From Candidatus Babeliales bacterium (GTDB lineage Bacteria; Babelota; Babeliae; Babelales; Vermiphilaceae), in the NCBI GenBank assembly GCA_044451405.1, contig JBIOKB010000001.1:1-51602 (forward strand): 51,602 nucleotides of DNA. Direction: 5' to 3'. Positions 47,991 to 51,602 of this stretch are shown here, piece by piece. The notes under the pieces are model-generated. The model had not been told where the DNA came from, did no database searches, and saw only the letters and a list, made by a program, of their open reading frames with translations. Positions within the stretch are counted from its first letter, which is position 1; each line of letters starts with the position of its first letter. The translations under genes and the position numbers were made by a program.

Positions 47991-48767
47991 TTATTCCCCG
48001 TAGCGCGGGACGCTCAAGGCAATACCCTGCTTATCAAAAGCATCTTTTAATGTGATTAAGACCGATTTTTTAATCACCGGCAGCGCATCTTGTTCTCCCC
48101 ACACACCAACTACCACCTCCCAATAATCACCCGTCATGTTTTTTACCAAAATATAGGGCGCTGGATCAGTAAGAACCTGTGGAATCTGTTTGAGCGTATC
48201 TTCAATTAACCGGATAACCCGTTCTGGATTTTGTTGATAATTAATCCGTAAGGTAACATCATAGCGACGCATCGGTAATCCAGTAATATTAATGAGATTA
48301 TTTTTTAAAATCTGTTCATGCGGAATACGGACCTGACGGCCGTCTTCTGTTTTTAACGTTACGGCAAATAGGTTAACCGCTATAACCATACCTTCAATCC
48401 CATTAATACTTACTTGATCACCCAACTCAAATGGCTGTTCAATCATAAGAAAAAGACCGCTAATAATATTGGCCACACTTGTTTGAGCTGCAAAACCAAG
48501 AGCAACCCCCACGATTCCTGCAGCACCCAGCAACGCTGATACTTGAATACCAAGTTCATTAAATAACGCAGCAACTACAATAAGAAGTGCGGTGTATGAA
48601 AAGACACGCGCAATAAGCTCTACCCGTAAATCATCAGGATATATATGCGCAAGCGCCGTTTTTACCCGATGCTTTAAATAGCGCACGACCCACCATCCAA
48701 CAAGCGCGATAAGAATAATGCGTATTGCATGTAAACTATAGTTTAATACGGTGCATGAAGAAATCAT
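47991..48767 (-). CDS. mscS: Small-conductance mechanosensitive channel (MscS family)
   Basis: 258 aa. Three TM helices, a pore-helix region (GIVGVALGFAAQTSVANIISGLFLMIEQPFELGD), then a beta domain. Confidence 0.85.
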   Translation of the reverse strand: MISSCTVLNYSLHAIRIILIALVGWWVVRYLKHRVKTALAHIYPDDLRVELIARVFSYTALLIVVAALFNELGIQVSALLGAAGIVGVALGFAAQTSVANIISGLFLMIEQPFELGDQVSINGIEGMVIAVNLFAVTLKTEDGRQVRIPHEQILKNNLINITGLPMRRYDVTLRINYQQNPERVIRLIEDTLKQIPQVLTDPAPYILVKNMTGDYWEVVVGVWGEQDALPVIKKSVLITLKDAFDKQGIALSVPRYGE

Positions 48768-48856
48768 AAAATCTCCTTAACAATTGCGCAGAGTTCTTTA
48801 TGCTTAAAAATATCGTATCATTATATCATTAATCTCTTATATGTAGGAATTCTCTT

Positions 48857-49504
48857 ATGGCTTGCGATACCATAACTACCACAAGACATCATGGTGCTGG
48901 ATCTCTTGAAGTAATTTGTGGCCCCATGTTTTCCGGCAAATCAGAAGAACTTATTCGGAGACTCCGCAGGGCAGAAATTGCACGACAACACGTGCTTACT
49001 TTTAAAAGTAGTCTTGATAATCGTAAAAGCCTTGACCATGTTGTATCCCATGATGGCACCCAGCTGCGCGCCCAACCGATTCACACTATTATGCGCATTC
49101 AAGAAACGGCTTTTGTACCTGAAGTTGATGTTATTGGTATTGATGAAGTACAATTTTTTTCATTAGAAATTATCCCATTATTAAGTAACCTTGTTGAAGC
49201 GGGCAAGCGCGTTATTGTAGCTGGACTTGATTTAGATTTTCGCGGTGCTCCTTTTGGCCCTATGCCATTATTACTTGCTATCGCTGATAAAATAACCAAA
49301 TTACGCGCAATTTGTTGCGTGTGTGGTGTTGATGCTCATTACACACAACGATTAGTAAATGGAGAACCAGCACGTTATGATGATCCAACCATTATGATCG
49401 GTGCCCAAGAATCATACCAAGCACGCTGCCGTTTATGTTACCGCATCGATAAAAAACCACTGATAGGGACCCTCACCTATGAGCAAACAGAAAATTTCAT
49501 TTAA
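48857..49504 (+). CDS. tdk: Thymidine kinase
   Basis: P-loop GPMFSGKSEELIRR, IGIDEVQFF, and a C-terminal zinc lasso (CCVCG...CRLC). Confidence 0.9.
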   Translation: MACDTITTTRHHGAGSLEVICGPMFSGKSEELIRRLRRAEIARQHVLTFKSSLDNRKSLDHVVSHDGTQLRAQPIHTIMRIQETAFVPEVDVIGIDEVQFFSLEIIPLLSNLVEAGKRVIVAGLDLDFRGAPFGPMPLLLAIADKITKLRAICCVCGVDAHYTQRLVNGEPARYDDPTIMIGAQESYQARCRLCYRIDKKPLIGTLTYEQTENFI

Positions 49505-50834
49505 ATGTACTAATTGCACCTATCAATCACTTAAATGGTTAGGATGCTGCCCTGAATGTAAAGAGTGGGAAAGTTTTGAAGAAATTGCACCGTTACTTAC
49601 CATTGGTAAAATAACAAAAGCAGTATCGGCATTACCACAAACAGCACTGGTTGATTTAAGCACGGTAAGCACCAAATCAAAACCACGCATGCTTTCAGGC
49701 ATTAAAGAATGGGACCGCGTAGTTGGCGGCGGCATTATGCCCGGCTCGTTACTTATTTTAACGGGTGATCCTGGTATTGGTAAATCAACGCTTTTACTCC
49801 AAATATGTCACAAACTCGCTGAACATCATCGTGTCTGTTATTTTTCAACTGAAGAATCTTTACAACAAGTTAAATTGCGCGCTGATCGCCTTTCATGTAC
49901 GAGTAGTTCATTACTCTTTTCTGATCAAGCACATTTAGAATCTATTATAGCGCTTGCTACGCATGAAAAACCCGACATTATTATTATTGATTCAATACAA
50001 AATTGTTACTTATCACAAACACAAACAATACCCGGTAGCATCGGGCAATTGCGTGAAGCAACCTTTCATCTCATGCGTCTTGCTAAAGAACATGATATCA
50101 CCGTATTGCTCACGGGTCATATTACTAAAGACGGTAACATGGCTGGCCCTAAAACATTAGAACACATGGTTGATGGCGTATTTTATTTGCAGGGTGAAGA
50201 TCGCTGGCAAACACGGGTACTGCGCTCAGTAAAAAATCGTTTTGGTACCATTAACGAATTGGGTTTTTTTGAAATGGAACAAAACGGTCTAGAAGAAGTG
50301 CCCAACATTAACGAACAACTGATCAGTGAAATAAGTTATTCACCGGGATCGGTACTCGTAAGCTTTGTTGAAGGTTCACGTCCACTGCTGATTGAATTAC
50401 AAGCTTTAAGCATCGAATCAAAGCTTGGTATACCACAACGGGTTGTTTCAGGTCTTGACCAAAAGCAGGTAGTACTCATTGCAGCAATTTTAGAAAAATA
50501 CTTGCAGGTGCGCTTGAGCGCTCATGATATCTTTTTTAAAGTAAGTGGTGGTTTTAAAGTTAAAGGAAGCTCAACTGATTTGGGCGTCGCACTTGCGCTG
50601 CTCTCAAGCTACTTTCAACAACCATTACCAGAAAAATCAATTGCACTGGGTGAACTTTCATTAACCGGACAAATAAAACCTATCAATCAGATGAACATGT
50701 ATATCCGTGAAGCAGAAAAATTTGGTATCACCCAGGTGCTGGTAGCACACAATCAAAAGATTGATGATACATCGTGCACCGTTAAACGATTCCATAATGT
50801 CTATGAACTATTAAGTTTATTTACAGATCAGTAG
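49479..50834 (+). CDS. radA: DNA repair protein RadA
   Basis: N-terminal zinc finger (CTNCTYQSLKWLGCCPEC), Walker A GDPGIGKSTLLLQ, the KNRFG motif and a Lon-like C-terminal domain. Overlaps tdk by 26 nt. Confidence 0.95.
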   Translation: MSKQKISFKCTNCTYQSLKWLGCCPECKEWESFEEIAPLLTIGKITKAVSALPQTALVDLSTVSTKSKPRMLSGIKEWDRVVGGGIMPGSLLILTGDPGIGKSTLLLQICHKLAEHHRVCYFSTEESLQQVKLRADRLSCTSSSLLFSDQAHLESIIALATHEKPDIIIIDSIQNCYLSQTQTIPGSIGQLREATFHLMRLAKEHDITVLLTGHITKDGNMAGPKTLEHMVDGVFYLQGEDRWQTRVLRSVKNRFGTINELGFFEMEQNGLEEVPNINEQLISEISYSPGSVLVSFVEGSRPLLIELQALSIESKLGIPQRVVSGLDQKQVVLIAAILEKYLQVRLSAHDIFFKVSGGFKVKGSSTDLGVALALLSSYFQQPLPEKSIALGELSLTGQIKPINQMNMYIREAEKFGITQVLVAHNQKIDDTSCTVKRFHNVYELLSLFTDQ

Positions 50835-50842
50835 GAAATAGT

Positions 50843-51577
50843 ATGCACAGCATCCAAGCAATTGTACTGGCAGCAGGCCAAGGATCTCGTTTTAACACGG
50901 GAGTAAGCAAATTAGTTACGCCACTGTGTGGACAACCTATGATTATGTATCCACTCAAAACAGTTTCATCTTCTGTTGCATCAATCACGGTTATTGTGGG
51001 GTTTCAGAAAGAAGCGGTGCAACAATGCATTATCAATGCATCGTTGCCAAACATCACGTTTGTTGAACAACGGGAACAACTGGGTACTGGACATGCGCTA
51101 CTCTGTTCACGTCCTCATTGGCATGCTGATCACCTACTGGTTATTAATGGGGACATGCCACTGGTTACCCCAGAAATTGTACAACACCTCTGTCAGCTCC
51201 ATGGGAGCAAACAAGCAGCTATCAGTTTTGTCGTTGCTCATCACACCGATGCGGCATCTGCCTATGGGCGCATTGTACAAGAGAACAATTCAATATGCAT
51301 CATCGAGAAAAAGCATTTTACCAAAAATATAGCCGATCATCCGTATATCAACGCGGGCATCTATCTTATTAATCGCATATTTCTTGAACAGTATTTGCCA
51401 CACGTACAACAGAACAGCAGTACTCACGAATTTTATATTACCGATTTAGTAGAAATTGCCGGTAACAATAATCTTTCTGTTGCTCTTTTGCAAGCTCCCT
51501 ATGATACTATCCGTGGTGTCAATACACTCCAAGAATTTGCAGCTGCTGAACAGATATTTCGTATACAACAATCATAA
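50843..51577 (+). CDS. glmU: GlmU-like N-acetylglucosamine-1-phosphate uridyltransferase domain only (no LbH acetyltransferase domain)
   Basis: 244 aa: LAAGQGSRF, EQLGTGHAL, INGDMPL, YGRIV, INAGIYL, EFYITD. The ORF ends in the linker-helix region (LQEFAAAEQIFRIQQS*). All three forward frames hit stops within the next 25 nt. Confidence 0.8.
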   Translation: MHSIQAIVLAAGQGSRFNTGVSKLVTPLCGQPMIMYPLKTVSSSVASITVIVGFQKEAVQQCIINASLPNITFVEQREQLGTGHALLCSRPHWHADHLLVINGDMPLVTPEIVQHLCQLHGSKQAAISFVVAHHTDAASAYGRIVQENNSICIIEKKHFTKNIADHPYINAGIYLINRIFLEQYLPHVQQNSSTHEFYITDLVEIAGNNNLSVALLQAPYDTIRGVNTLQEFAAAEQIFRIQQS

Positions 51578-51602
51578 AAAACAAATAATCTAGGATAAAT
51601 TA

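Overview
This window is a compact, moderately AT-rich bacterial chromosomal segment with very short or overlapping gene junctions. It is dominated by core information-processing genes.

Gene content, in order:
- yidC-recR-pepP, then a MerR-like gene and murC.
- rpsP-KH-trmD-rplS, then ffh, hflX, pcrA/uvrD and trpS.
- A cdaA-like/ybbR/glmM operon.
- A roughly 19-kb run on the minus strand: yacP-like, tsaE, tRNA-Tyr/Gly/Thr/Thr, rpmG, tRNA-Trp, secE, nusG, rplKAJL, rpoB, rpoC, tRNA-Val, rpsO, pnp, rph, a holA-like gene and a hydrolase.
- atpG, murA, rluB, mscS, tdk, radA and a short glmU.

I found no rRNA, CRISPR array, transposase, integrase or phage gene. I also did not find a classic multi-gene accessory system such as a defence island or secretion apparatus.

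The points worth a second look are lineage-specific oddities in core genes and a few orphan or eukaryote-like secreted proteins:
1. An in-frame insertion of about 60 aa with eight cysteines (a putative double zinc knuckle) near the N-terminus of RpoB.
2. A CdaA-like protein whose diadenylate-cyclase motifs (DGA, RHR) look degenerate, although the cdaA-ybbR-glmM operon is retained.
3. A signal-peptide-bearing phospholipase of the eukaryotic cPLA2/PLB type, close to a signal-peptide ankyrin-repeat protein.
4. A translationally coupled pair of secreted glycine-zipper proteins with highly charged tails.
5. A TrmD fused to a second SPOUT-like (Tm1570-type) domain.
6. A stand-alone atpG.
7. A GlmU that stops after the uridyltransferase domain.

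The many Sec-signal orphans, the ankyrin and cPLA2-like genes and the compaction suggest a host-associated bacterium with a reduced genome, possibly Dependentiae/TM6-like. That is inference only.

All family calls come from reading motifs in the supplied translations. No database search or HMM was run.
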